DNA of 64,000 nucleotides, from positions 1 to 64,000 of the forward strand of contig JASANG010003910.1 in the NCBI GenBank assembly GCA_030248215.1, given 5' to 3'. The translations under genes and the position numbers were made by a program. The notes under the pieces are model-generated. The model searched no databases, was not told the origin of the DNA, and was given only the letters and a program-made list of their open reading frames with translations. Position 1 is the stretch's first letter, and each line of letters begins with the position of its first letter. The DNA is from Enoplolaimus lenunculus. Its lineage: Eukaryota. Of the stretch, positions 1 to 13,200 are shown one piece after another.

Positions 1-3000
1 AAATTGTTTTGCGACAAATTGAATCAAGATATTCTTCGGTCGCAAATTTAATTATTGATTACTTAGTTTCGACAAATGGCAAAGGAACCGGCCAAGCTTA
101 TGAAACCTTGGCGTATTTTACGGATACTTATGGCCCGCGAATGGCTGGAACAAAATCGTATAAAAACGCCGCGGAATACGTCATCCATGAGCTGCAAAGC
201 ATCGATCGCTTCGACAATGTTCATACCCATCCGGCTAGAGTACCTTTGTGGAGCAGGGGTGAAGAATGGGCTCAAATGATCGCGCCTAGGGTGGCGAATA
301 TTGGGATTTTAGGATTAGGGGGCTCAGTTGGCACAGTGAATAATGAAACCCTAGAAGCTGACTGTATCGTTGCAAGATCATTTGCAGAATTAGACCGAAT
401 TGGAAAATCGGGTAATGTTTCAAATAAAATTTTAGTCTTCAATCAACCCTACATATCATACTCGCATTCGTCGACGTACAGACGATTAGCAGCGTCGCGT
501 GCGGCAAGTTACGGCGCTAAGGCGGCGCTGGTGCGCAGTGCGGTACCTCGCTCGTTATATTCGTTGGCTACTGGACAAATGAATTACGATCGCAGCTTTC
601 CGCGAATTCCAACCGCTGCAATAACTGCCGAAGATGCTGAAATGATGTGGCGAATGCAACAACGTGGTCAACACGTTCGAATGAAGCTTAAAATAACATC
701 GACAAGACTTGGTTGGACTATCGACGATAATATTATCGCTGAAATTACCGGTTCTCAGTATCCTAACGAGGTAAGACGAGATCGGGTTCGAAGAGAAATT
801 TTAGTTTTTGCCATTATTTTTTTCATCTGTCTGTTCTGGAACATAGCCATATCTGTAGTGTAAGCATATTCCTAAGCAAAAGTCTAAGCATAAGCATAAG
901 CCTCAGCGTAACAGTGAGCTTGTACCTAAGACTAAGCGTAAGCCTAAACCTATGTCTAAGCAAAAAATTAGTCTGAAACATAAGCTTACTCTATTGCAGT
1001 TTCGCAGAAAAACGAACGTTCCGCCCGTGATCTTTTCATTGGCCGATGAACCCAACTTTTCTGAGTTTTTCGCCCAGCATGATCCTTGTGTCTTTTTTAC
1101 ATGCAGCGCTTGTTTACTTGCCTGTTGACGCACAGGTCGTGAACATTTTTTGCAGATTGCACAATGCAGTTGTTTGGAAGGCTGCAAAATATAATTTGGT
1201 ACAATTCAGGTTGTATTGTTAAGTGGTCATTTTGACAGTTGGGACGTTGGAACTGGTGCAATGGATGACGGAGGTGGCGTTGTTATTGCGTGGCAAACGT
1301 TGCGAACACTGAAAGCCTTGGGTCTGACACCTAAACGTACAGTGAGGATTGCTTTTTGGGCAGCTGAAGAGCAAGGAATGTACGGATCACGTGCGTACTA
1401 CCAAAGCAGGTATGCTACTTTATACAGCATAATCGTTCCCACGCTAATAACTGTCTGCTGCTGACAGTTGCCCGTTTTAGGATTCTGTGAACAGAAAACA
1501 ATCTCGCACTCCCATTACTTATATATAACCCTTTTACAGGGCCGGAGCAGCCACCCTCCATACCCCAGTTTGGGATGAGGCTTACCCTACCTTGAACCAA
1601 TTACCTCTTTAAACATGAAGCATGATGTTGTATCAGAGTAAAGTAGGAAACAATGGGTCCCTGTTACTTTAAGGGGCGTCCAGGTTTCTGGTGCGTCTAT
1701 AAGTAGGTTTATATTCTAGATCACACTTTCTTGCTTAGGCTTAGGCTTAGGCTTACGCTAGGCTTAGGAACACATTTTTGCAACACTTAGGTTTAGGCTT
1801 AATAGGCTTAGGAATACGCTTAATATACTGTTACCCCCCTTAAAGTAACATTGGCCAAACAATGAATAGTTATAGCACGTTTTTCGTGTCTCAGAGATTT
1901 ATATGCGATCCCGCAATGACACAGAGTAGAACGAATCTTGCCTCGTACAACGTATTAAGCTCCAAGCGATGACGGAAGTATGTAGAAGTTGCAATTTAAT
2001 AGACACTAATTGCATTTCAGCAAAACGAGCAACGACCGATACATATTTGTTGCCGAATCCGATGAAGGCGCGTTTGCACCGTCAGGTCTACAGTTTTCAG
2101 GCTACAAAAACCTGAACCAGCGGGCGATCATGCAGAGCATATTGAATTTGGCCCAGTCAATCAACGCAACACAGCTGTGTCCGCTAGGCGATGGTGAAGA
2201 TGTCCAGCCATGGATTAACGAAGGCATTCCTGGCGTCTGGTTGCAGAATCCGAACAAAACAGATTACTATTTTGAGTGAGTTTAGGATTTTATGTTGATT
2301 GATTTTGTTGCTTGCAACTCGAGTGATTTTGTTGCTTGCAACTCGAGTGATTTTGTTGCTTGCAACTCGAGTGATTTTGTTGCTTGCAACTCGAGTGATT
2401 TTGTTGCTTGCAACTCGAGTGATTTTGTTGCTTGCAACTCGAGTGATTTTGTTGCTTGCAACTCGAGTGATTTTGTTGCTTGCAACTCGAGTCATTTTGT
2501 TGCTTGCAACTCGAGTGATTTTGTTGCTTGCAACTCGAGTGATTTTGTTGCTTGCAAATCAGTGATTTTGTTGCTTGCAACTCGAGTGATTTTGTTGCTT
2601 GCAACTCGAGTGTTTTTGTTGCTTGCAATTCGAGTGATTTTGTTGCTTGCAACTCGAGTGATTTTGTTGCTTGCAACTCAGTCATTTTGTTGCTTGCAAC
2701 TCGAGTGATTTTGTTGCTTGCAACTCGAGTGATTTTGTTGCTTGCAACTCGAGTGATTTTGTTGCTTGCAACTCGAGTGATTTTGTTGCTTGCAACTCGA
2801 GTGATTTTGTTGCTTGCAACTCGAGTAAAAGCTGTTGCATTGCCTGTAACGGCGTCTGCGATTAAAAATGTGAAAACAGTTTGCGTCGAGCATCACCGCG
2901 TCGTGTACAGTAGCCGTTCTAGCAACCAAAAGTAAAAGCTCGTTCGGTAGAAGTGTTACCCTTCAACTTTCAATGTTTGGTTTTATGGCCAATGTAAAGA

Positions 3001-3494
3001 ACAGGGGCGAAACAGTATTATAAGCATATTCCTAATCTTAAGTCTAAGTCTATACCTAAGCCAAATCAAAAATTAGTCTAAAACTTAAACTTACTCTATT
3101 GCAGTTCCACAGAAAAACGTTCCGCCCCTGATCTTTACATGGGCCGGTTTTATAAACTTGCACAGACTTCTAATCTAAGCATTAAGCTAGGTATACTTCG
3201 ATTGTATTTGACGCTGTCGGAACTATTCCTTGCTGGTAAGATTTTTTACGACGAAATATTTCCCATGAGGCGTATTTGACTTATTAAGAGCGTGTGCTTC
3301 ATGTGTCCAATATTTCTAAAATTTTATTTTTTAAGCCTACGTCTAAATCTTAGCCTTCATTAATTTTCAGACATCATCATACTCGAGCCGACACAATTTC
3401 AGTGTTTACTCCACAAGATCTTGACGCGGCAACTGCGATATGGACTATTATGGCATACGTCGTAGCGGACCTTGGTCCATCTGTGTGGAGCTGA
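1..3494 (+). CDS. CPQ: Carboxypeptidase Q / plasma glutamate carboxypeptidase (M28 peptidase), 5' end outside the window
   Basis: Exons <1-770, 1210-1409, 2021-2275 and 3371-3494 have GT-AG boundaries and matching phases (0,2,2). M28/CPQ motifs: DTYGPRMAG, PA-domain region, SGHFDSWDVGTGAMDDGGG, FWAAEEQG, ESDEG, YF(E)HHHTRADT...WTIMAYVVAD. Stop TGA at 3492-3494, AATAAA at 3642. Confidence 0.93.
1656..1856. mobile_element. Merlin-like MITE family B with internal TTAGGC tract (type copy)
   Basis: Family TIR GGCCCATGTTACTTTAAGGGGCGT / ACGCCCCTAAAAGTAACATTGGCC; TSD AAACAATG on both sides. Other copies: 12683-12874, 17482-17666, about 18245-18434, 21339-21488 (TSD CTTAAATG), 35165-35364, 39391-39591, 41779-41976 (TSD GGAAAGGT), about 44470-44628. 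Confidence 0.85.
2300..2826. repeat. 24-bp minisatellite (GTGATTTTGTTGCTTGCAACTCGA), about 22 copies, in CPQ intron 3
   Basis: Seen directly; it explains the repetitive ORFs at 2184-2935. Confidence 0.97.
2987..3145. mobile_element. MITE family A copy in CPQ intron 3
   Basis: Family A TIRs; TSD GGTTTTAT on both sides. Confidence 0.85.
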
Positions 3495-4397
3495 AACGTT
3501 GAACTAAATTTGATTTTATAAATTATTTTAGAAAAGAAGAACATCGAATTAGACGCTAAATTCACGTAATTTATGCGTCGTATATATAGCAATTACAATT
3601 AGTGTTGTGCAATTACCACTTTTTCTACTGACCGGCCGGCCAATAAAACGATTTTAAAAATCAAGCATTTTTATAATAGTATATATCGCAACGTTTAGAG
3701 GCTATATTATTCGTTTTAGGCGTAGTTAATTGGCCGACGAATGCGTTTGGCCGGCCGCGGCCGGTCAGTGGTTGGCCGTCGGGTTCCTGCCCGGCGCGCA
3801 ACACTATTTACATTACTGTCCAGATAACTTTTGCTGGGACTTGCTTTATGTTTTACAGGTTATTCTGCTGATTTGTGCCTACTTTGCACTATAGGTTACA
3901 GTCAGGTTCTTTTGCACTTTCCCTTCACATTTATGCTTACGCTTAGGCTTAGGCTTAACAGAAGACTGACATAAGCCTACACATAAGAATAAGCCTTTGC
4001 CTAATGCTAATTAAGCTTAAGCCTAAGCCTAAACTTTACAGCAAAACACGGGTGGTTGTTTATAATAGCTAAGAACATAAATATGTTGTTATATCCGAAT
4101 GTAGAGGTTAAAGACCGTATTCCAAAACTTTATCCACCTAAATTCTCATCGGTCGTTGTTTACTGTCTTATCCAGGGACGACAGAACGTTTTATTCCGAC
4201 TGATGGCGAATAAGGGAGCAACAGCTTAAACTCAAAAACGGATGGGTCATCAAAGTTTAATTTTTAGCCGGTCTAACAACAAATTCAATCTTCTTGTTTG
4301 GCCCAAGAATCGAAAGAAAGGTAAAGCAGTCCGAAAGACCTCTCAAGCGTAGCGAGTGAGATAACAGCTGTATTATTGTCTATTAAATGTTTCAATT

Positions 4398-4945
4398 CGA
4401 CAAAGCTTTAGTTTTAGTGGCTTTCAATGATGTCACTCGAAAGCGACAAAGCTTTAGTTGGCTTTCAATGATGTCACTCGAAAGCGACAAAGCTTTAGTT
4501 GGCTTTCAATGATGTCACTCGAAAGCGACAAAGCTTTAGTTGGCTTTCAATGATGTCACTCGAAAGCGACAAAGCTTTAGTTTTAGTGGCTTTCAATGAT
4601 GTCACTCGAAAGCGACAAAGCTTTAGTTGGCTTTCAATGATGTCACTCGAAAGCGACAAAGCTTTAGTTTTAGTGGCTTTCAATGATGTCACTCGAAAGC
4701 GACAAAGCTTTAGTTTTAGTGGCTTTCAATGATGTCACTCGAAAGCGACAAAGCTTTAGTTTTAGTGCCTTTCAATGATGTCACTCGAAAGCGACAAAGC
4801 TTTAGTTTCAGTGGCGTTCAATGATGTCACTCGAAAGCGACAAAGCTTTAGTTTTAGTGGCTTTCAATGATGTCACTCGAAAGCGACAAAGCTTTAGTTT
4901 TAGTGGCTTTCAATGATGTCACTCGACACCGACAAAGCTTTAGAT
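4398..4945. repeat. 46/41-bp minisatellite downstream of the GTPase-like gene stop
   Basis: Unit TCGAAAGCGACAAAGCTTTAG(TTTTAG or T)TGGCTTTCAATGATGTCAC, about 12 copies. Confidence 0.95.
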
Positions 4946-5049
4946 GTAGTGGGTGTTAGTGATGTCAATGATACATCTATATTCTTCTAGGTGTGTCGAG
5001 TGACACCTCGGACACCGCTGTTTCCGCGTGTGTGGTCGTATCCGTTCTT

Positions 5050-8000
5050 CTACAAAACGTTGTTCTTGGTCGTCGTTGTACTATTTACAGACGATCTGGA
5101 CCGATGCTTTCCACCAAGTCTATGCTTCAATTTAGCTTTAATCGATGAATGTTTTTTCGTTTCTTCACGCTTGTCTTCATCAACCGCCCATCCGACTGGA
5201 CTTGTATCTCGTTTTGGTGCCGATGCAATTGACAATCGATTGGACGTTACAGAAGTTGTACCAAATTCAAGCTCTGACTTTGTTAATCTTTGATTGCCCG
5301 GCGTTCTGTCTGGTTTGCTTACTGATTTGCTACCAGATTCGTATACTTTTAACGCAAGATATTTTAAAATTAAGTTTAAATCTTGTTGTGTTGATGTTTT
5401 TGCTGATACTCTGTACAGGCGAACGCCTAAGTTGCGAGCTGACGATTCGACAGTTTCTTTACAAACCATATCTTTTAGCGTAGTTTGGTTGAGTTCCAAA
5501 AGATCTGTCTTTGACTGAACGAATACCATTGGTGTGTTTTCGTTGCCGAATTGACTGCGACGTAACTAAAATCACATTATCCTGTGTGAAGACAGTTGAA
5601 CATAGATATATACAGGGGCGAATATACTGTAATGACCCGAATAAGAAGGGTCCTCATTTTGAGGGAGTTCGTATAACTAATTAGAGTCCGTAAGGAAATA
5701 CTGTCCTCAAGCCCTAATTAGAGTCCATAAATGTCAATTATCCCTAAGTGTGGTGCATAAATGACTACAGGCCAAATAAAACAGAGTTCGAAACTTTAAA
5801 GCGTACTTTGGTTTTGAAAGTACATTCCTAAAAGTATAACTTTGCATTATCGCTCAAGCTTTTGATACAATAAAAATGTTGGCGCGGATATACCAGCGGA
5901 TAAAGAATTTTTCCGTATGAGTGAAAAATATACACTTATGAAATGGTGCTGTTTAATCGAAAAATATTGTGTACTTTTGAATGTTAGCAACCATATATCT
6001 TAACCATTTGGTCATATTCACCGCGTTCCTATAGAGGTTATACTTTTCTTTAACTTGGAACAATATGTTTATAGTTTTCTGAAAGAGTTCTTACGACAAA
6101 TTGTGACAAAACCGTAAAGAAATGTGTGACTATGCGCTCTTAACTACGACAATTTGGTACAGACAAAAATGTTTCGAGTCAATGATCATCCATCGGTAAA
6201 AACTTTGCTTAAACAGCGATAGGTGTACTTAATGTACAAGCTATCCGGTGTAACATTTTATATTTCGTTTGTTTTGAAAGTTACTGATAAAGAGTTTTTG
6301 TAACGTAAAGTCGAGTGAGTAACATCTACGCAAACGAAAAAAATAAGGGCAGGTATGGTCTGTAACCGTAAAGGAATTTTGCGCCGATAAAGGCGGCAGG
6401 GTGCAACCGGAGGTGAAAAATACCGGAGCCGAAGCCGGTGGTAAACGAAACTTGCCGGAGCCGGAGCCGGAGGTGACGCGAAATTAAGTAGTGAGTTAAT
6501 TTTAGCCAATATCTGCAAAATGTTGTTAAGTTGTTTGGTTTCACGCTAATTTTCTGCCAAATTTCGGCAATTCTTTCATGAAAATTGTGACAAAAGTCCA
6601 TCGAAACGCGCTAAACAGATAAATTTAGGACCAGAGCCGGAGCTGGAGCCGGAGGCCGATTTTCTGCCGGAGCCTGAAGCAGACCTCTGGTTGTACACTG
6701 AAAGGCGGGTAACTGATAAAGGAATATTGCGCGGGTACACCCGCGGGTAAAAAATAACTTTTTTTCGGGTAAAACGCAACGCGGGTAAAAAATCATGGCA
6801 CTTACACCTCTGACCAAACATATGGCCCTCAATAAGAATCAAAACCAAAATCATGCAGTCCCTGTCAAAATTACTGAATCTGCTACCATCTGTACCCGTG
6901 TTTACTGAACTATTACTATGATTTATAGCAGTGTAGATCGCAGCTTGGGCCCATGTATAGAACAGGGCCGGGTCGTTTTTTGTGACACTACAAAAGAGTA
7001 AGCTTAAGCTTTACACTAATTTTTTTGCTTGGCTTAGGTTTAGGCTTAGGAATATGCTCATTCTTACGCTTAGTCTTAGGCTTACGCTTAGGCTTAGGAA
7101 TATGCTTATAATACTGTTCCGCCCCTGTTCTTTACATTGGCCATTTTTCAGAAAGTATTTGACATACCGGCACATGCAAAGATCAGGCGCAGAAAGTTTT
7201 TCTGTGGGACTAGAATAGAGTATTCTTAAGCTTTAGACAATTTTTTGGTTGGTTTAGGCTTCGGCTTCGGCTTAGGCTTAGGAATAAACTCATTCTTGCG
7301 TTTTAGCTTAGGCATAGGCTTAAGCTTAGGCTTAGAAATATGCTTATAAAACACTGTTCCGCCCCTGTTGTTTACATTGGTCGACGTACCTCTGCGCACA
7401 ATATGCAGTTTATGAAATACAGAGGTGAACGTTGCACACACAGTGTGTGTAATTGTTGGAAAATTGGTAATTAAAAAATGACCCTTTATAAGGATTGCGC
7501 TATGCTTATCGCACGGCGTCGGCCGTCACCGTCCGTTGCCATCCGTTACCGTCCGTCACTGCGCGGTATCGTACGTGAAACGGACTACGACGTGCGGGTA
7601 GCGGACAGTGCCGTACGTCACTAAAATGATAGCGCTGCGCTAATTTACCCTGGCAACAAATTCCAAAACTGCATTAAACGACTTGCAATCGTTCGTGGCG
7701 AACATAAATATATAGCAATCAGCTTTGATATTGCCGCCATTTGTAATCTCTTCAAGGTTGTAATGAGACACTGTCGCCCAGATGGAAATCTTTTTTCCGT
7801 CACTTAATCGCTAAAACTTAAAGTTACACTGTTCGGCCCATGTAAAGATCAGGGGCGGAACGTTTTTCTGTGGGACTGCAATAAAATAAGCTTAAAAGCT
7901 TTACACAAATTTTTTTTGCTTATTCTTAAGCTTAATCCTAGGCCTAGGCTTAGGCTTAAGAATATGCTAATAATACTTTTGCGCCTTTGTTTTTTTACAT

Positions 8001-8978
8001 TGGCCCATTTTTCTGGCATTTCAACACTGAACCGTTTCAGAATTTTGTCGTCGATAAATTTTCTTTTTAACAAAAAAATCCGATAAACTTTAATTGGCAA
8101 TTATTTCACGAAATGCTGGAAATTGTTTGCAAATGAAACACGTATAATTGCTGCAATAAACGAACTATTAATATAATGGCGAATGTTAATTTGAGTGGTG
8201 GAACGGTAGATTAAACGTATTTCTAAGCCTACGCCTAAGCGTTGCAAAAGCGTATTCCTAAGACTAAGTCTAAGCAAAAAATGTAATCTAAACGTACTCG
8301 TCTATAGACCCACCAGAAACCTGGACGCCCCTTAAAGTAACATGAGTCAATATAAGTGTACGATCGTAGTTTTGTGCGAATTTTTTTGTCATTACACTGA
8401 TCACTTCGTCACAATTTATTTCTTTAAATCGTTACGGCTTCGGATAAAAATGATGGGTAGATCATTTTCTGCGAGACTGCAGTAGACTAAGATTAAGCAT
8501 TAAACTATTTTTTGCTTAGGTACAGCCTTAGACTTAGACTTAGGTTTACGTATAACCTCATTCTTCTGCATAGGATTAGGCTTTTGCTTAGGAAAATGAT
8601 GCTTATACCGGCAAAGTTCTATACATTTGGCCATGTCTTTTAACGATAGTTCCGACAAAATAGGTACAGCCTTAGACTTAGACTTAGGTTTACGTATAAC
8701 CTCATTCTTCTGCATAGGATTAGGCTTTTGCTTAGGAAAATGATGCTTATACCGGCAAAGTTCTATACATTTGGCCATGTCTTTTAACGATAGTTCCGAT
8801 AAAATAAGCCACATCTTACCGTTTCAATCAATTGTTCGACAATGTCAGCCGTCAGTTCTTCATCGTTCGGAAATTTGTCTTCTGCGATGCGTGTTGCAAA
8901 AGCACGCTTTCCGATTCCTTTATTGCCTATGATTACTATATTAATTGTTGGAGTTGCAGTATTAACTGTGCTGGACAT
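5050..8978 (-). CDS. Divergent Ras-superfamily small GTPase-like protein (about 278 aa), probable pseudo-GTPase
   Basis: Exons 8978-8820, 7810-7649 and 5565-5050 are joined by phase-0 GT-AG introns. Motifs: IVIIGNKGIGKR (G1-like), ADCYIFMFATNDCKSF, PMVFVQSKTDL (G4-like), RVSAKT (G5), then a long Ser/Lys-rich tail. Confidence 0.8.
6397..6700. mobile_element. hAT-like MITE (CCGGAG-rich)
   Basis: CAGGGTGCAACC...GGTTGTACACTG with perfect 8-bp TSD AAAGGCGG. Related copy at 47979-48330 (TSD CTTTACAC/CTTTGCAC) and fragments at 60820-61098, 61400-61560, about 62670-62950. Confidence 0.75.
8518..8802. repeat. 144-bp tandem duplication containing a MITE A end
   Basis: AGGTACAGCCTTAGAC... recurs at 8518 and 8662. 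Confidence 0.9.
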
Positions 8979-10299
8979 TATTTGACTTTAATAAACTGAA
9001 TAACAAAAGATATACATACAAACGCTGCAGCTGAAAGGGCCAGCAAGACGGGATACTGTAGTGTACCCGAATAAGAGGCGGGGACTGATATTTATTTGGC
9101 CTCTCAAGAGGTAACATGCTGAAACCGTACAGATGATTATACAGCAAGGTGCAACCGGAGATGAAAAATACAGCAGTCGGAGATTGTTTTTTTGGCGGAA
9201 CCTGAGGCAGATATCCAGTTGGCGTATAGGGAGGCAGATAGAGTGGATATATAAATGAGAGTTTCCAAATAATCAGCATTCCCAAAAAATTATCTCGTTG
9301 ACTACGCACGCTCGCAAAAGCTTTTACTTGAGGATATCTCCTTCCAAACTGAAGTTCCAGCTACGCATCTGGAAACCAACTGCAAGTAATGCAACATATC
9401 GTTCAGAACATATTAGTGCTATCTTTTCCATTTTTTGCTAATTTTCATCATAAAGATGACTAATCAAACTGTAAATGTTATCATTCTGGTTGTTACGGTA
9501 TGCCGGTACTATAATTTCGTAACCATGGTATCGAGTCAAAACTCTCAGATGGATAAAACAAGCTTTAATCTGAGTAGATATCACAGCATGCAAATTTTCA
9601 CCACGGGGATAATTGTGCAACATATGCAAGATCATGTTTACTCGCTATTGCTTTTCAACTTACTAAAATTAATGGCTATTGGGTACTTTCTCCGACATTA
9701 AAGGTTAAAGAATTCGCTTAGACAAACGCATAAAAATAAAGACTTAGGCATACGTAAGCCTTTTTTGAGGCAGTGAAACTTTGCCAATGAAAACAACTGG
9801 TTTGACCATAGCTAAATCAATTCTTATGCGCATACGTAGTTGATGTCTGATGGTATTGCACAGTGGCGGATCTAACAATTTCTCATAACGCAGGCCACAC
9901 AATATGTATTGAATAGTGAAAAAACCTCGTGAGCGAAATGAGCTAGAGTATCTAAACGCAAATTTAATATAAAATCTTAACCAAGCAGCTTAGGGATTGA
10001 TCTCTGTTGGAGGCCAAAGTGTGTGTCGGTCGTTCCCACTTCAATTGTTTTAGGTATCCAGATTTGATTTGGCTGCATAAAATCAATACACTAGGCTTTT
10101 AGGTTGGACCGACCCCGGACCTCTGTTATTCGCTCGTTTATAAACAATACTCAAGAGTTATCAGTACCCAAATTGGGAGCGTCACAGGAAGGTACAATTT
10201 GTAAGCTTAATCGGTCCAAAATTTGGGAACGCAAGCATTAGACTTGCATGTAACGGGCAAAAGTTAGTATTCCTGCAATTTTCTGCAGCCACTATGCAA

Positions 10300-13200
10300 C
10301 TAAACGTAGCGTTGCAATCCAAGCAACAGAATGGTCAATTCATTTTTCGAAATCTTTCCATCGCCGTCGATATCACATGACTTGATCATCATATCGTAAA
10401 ATTCTTGGACGTCTTGCGCTGTATAACTCTAAAATTACAATTTGTTCACCAAGAGATAGTTCAATTTAACCATAGTCTGCAATTTTAATCTTATATTCAT
10501 AGTACTGTAGTCACCCGAATAAGACGGAGGGAGTAATAAGAGGGGGTCTCCATTTTAGGACCAATCAATAGGAGTCTGTATCCTTAAGTGTCCGTAAGCG
10601 GATATAGTCCCTAAACCCTAATTAGAGTCCATAAATGTCAGTTATCCCTAATTGAAGCGCATAAATGACTAGTGGACCAAATAATGTTGAGTTCGAATTT
10701 TACACTGCGCTTATGTTTTCAAAGCAACATTCCGAAGTATAACCTTGCATTATCGCTCAAGCTTTTGATGCAAGGCAAGAAACGTTCAATTCAACGGATA
10801 ACTGCAATATCGGATATACTAAGGAAGGGTGGCGGAGGGCTGGTTGAAAATAAATAACAGTCCGTAACCGAATAACAAGGGGGGTACCCTCTGGAAAGGA
10901 CAAAAATAGCAGTCTCCCCCCTCTTATTCGGGTCACTACAGTAAGCTGTAAGCGACAGTTTGCTTTTTCGTACTATTTATATTTACATTCAATATACGAC
11001 ACGGCGTCAAATCCAAAACGCCACTGAAACCATACTTTTCAACAGAAATCAAAACGAAATTTTTAAAGGATTTAGTGCTAAAATTACGTTTAGACTTCAA
11101 GGTTCTCAATATGTTAGAGCGGACGTATTAAAGAAACTCTAGAAGAAGCCATGTTTTTTAGCAATTTTACATTTATAGAGGGCTGAAACATTTCTAGAGA
11201 AGAGCCGATATTTACATAGTATAGCCAGCTCCCTGGTACTCCCTTTGGATATGAGCTTGAGCTGAAATGTCAACTGATATTCAACTGAACCAAAGTTTCA
11301 AAACGGAAAAGGTAGAAGCAATGGAGTATGTTTCAGCGCTCAAGGTAAATGAATTGTCATTTAAAGTAACGTGGTTTAGGAATTTTGCATGCAAAGTATA
11401 AAAAATAAAAAAAAAGACAGTGATAACAATCGAAGCTGCGACAATATTATATTAATGCAAAGTCGCCAGAAGAACGTGGTGGATTATGGTGAAATAACTA
11501 AAATATGATGGTACCGTTGACAAAATTATTGTAGACGACGTAAATATGTAACAATAAAAATATAATATTGAAATACGAGGATCAAAGAGCGGCAGCCTGT
11601 GGTCATGTTTCTGATACTACTTACTGGTTTCATAACGTCCAACAAATCCCGTATCAGACCATGTATCTCATCGTTTTCAATTTTTCCATTTTCATCCTGA
11701 AATTTCATTCTTTTTCATATTAAATAGAGCAGACCCGTAGCCAGCTCACCTTGCTAAAGGGATTTGAAAGGTTTTCAAAAGGGGTATTTAAAGGTTTTCA
11801 ATGACTTACATGCAAGGTTGATAATCTTGTAAAGGGGCCAAAATTTTTCAGGGGGCTGAGCCCCGCTGCCTACCCTTTGGCTACGTGCCTTTAGTTTTTA
11901 GTTTTAAGTAATTTCCAGTTACATTTTCTACAAAGTTACTTACATGACACGTGGAAACAGCTATATTCAGCATATATACACAACCAAAGTAGGCATGGCC
12001 GGAGCAGCCACCCCACATCCCCTATTTGGGGCCCCCAATCCCTAAAGGGACCCCACCCTAACCGGTTTTAACAAAAACTGCTGAAGTTTTAAAATGCGTC
12101 TGGCTTCCAGCTCGCTTCGCTCGCGGGTTTAGGGGCCCCACCTTGAAGTTTGGAGGAAGCCCTCACCCCTGTCTGCTCCGGCACTGCAAGGCGGTACGCT
12201 CTAGCGTTATATATTATTTTAGTTTGTGACTTACTTTATCGTAACAATCAAAAATTTTTTCGATATCTTGCGCTGCCATTGACACGGAACCCTGGAAAAC
12301 CTAACGTTTGTATTGTTTATTTTATCCTTAAATATATAAATACACTTATTGACCTATATATGCGTATACTCTGGTACTAAAATCCAAAATATTTAATACA
12401 AAGCCTATACAGTATTTTCGTAGGCTTATTGTTTATTCTCAGGTTTAGTCACGTTGGCACCAGCCTGTAAAAACGTTCAGAGCTGAGAACGCTAAGCTGC
12501 TATAGCTGTGAGACATTTGTTCAAATTCTAGTTTGAAGTTAGATCTGAGATGAAATAGAAAATTGTCATACTGAGAAGGGTTTGTGTTTCTTGTATTTCT
12601 ATATTTTGGCACTTTGGTGCCAACACGGATGTTCCCTTTTGTAAACATTGTCCCTGAATACTTGCCCACGGATCAAATTAGTGGCCCATGTTACTTTATG
12701 GGGCGTCCAGGTTTCTGGCGGGCCTATAAAAGAGTAGGTTTACATTCTAGGTTACATTTTCATGTTTAGGCTTAGGCTTAGGCCTAGGAACACATTTTTG
12801 CAACGCTTAGGCTTAGGCTTACGCTTAGGAATACGCTTTAATCTACTATTACGCCCCTTGAACTAACATTGGCCAAAATAGTCGTCTAGGTGGTGCAAAA
12901 CATGAATATACTATCGGCTTGGATTAACATTCAAAATTCAATGAAACATTGCTCAGGGTTCAACTGAAACAAACGTTACAAAGTTCAATTTGCCTTTAAA
13001 AACTGTTCACCCAGCGTCGCTTTGAGAACATTTTCTTTCACAGGCAGCAAACGAGCCATTTCGTCAATTTGTAGTTTGCCATCGCGATTTGTATCGAATA
13101 TTGTCATCTGCAAAAATATTCTGTTTCAGGTTAACGGTACGATCAGAGTGAAGATACCAACGAGCACTCGGAACTCATGAGTACTGGCCAATGTAAATAA

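Noticed and set aside
2184..2935. Repetitive ORFs (VACNSSDF, LLLATRVI, etc.)
   Set aside because: They are translations of a stop-free 24-bp intronic minisatellite.
2300..4945. CRISPR-like appearance of the regular repeats
   Set aside because: Units are head-to-tail with no unique spacers, there are no cas genes, and the context is eukaryotic.
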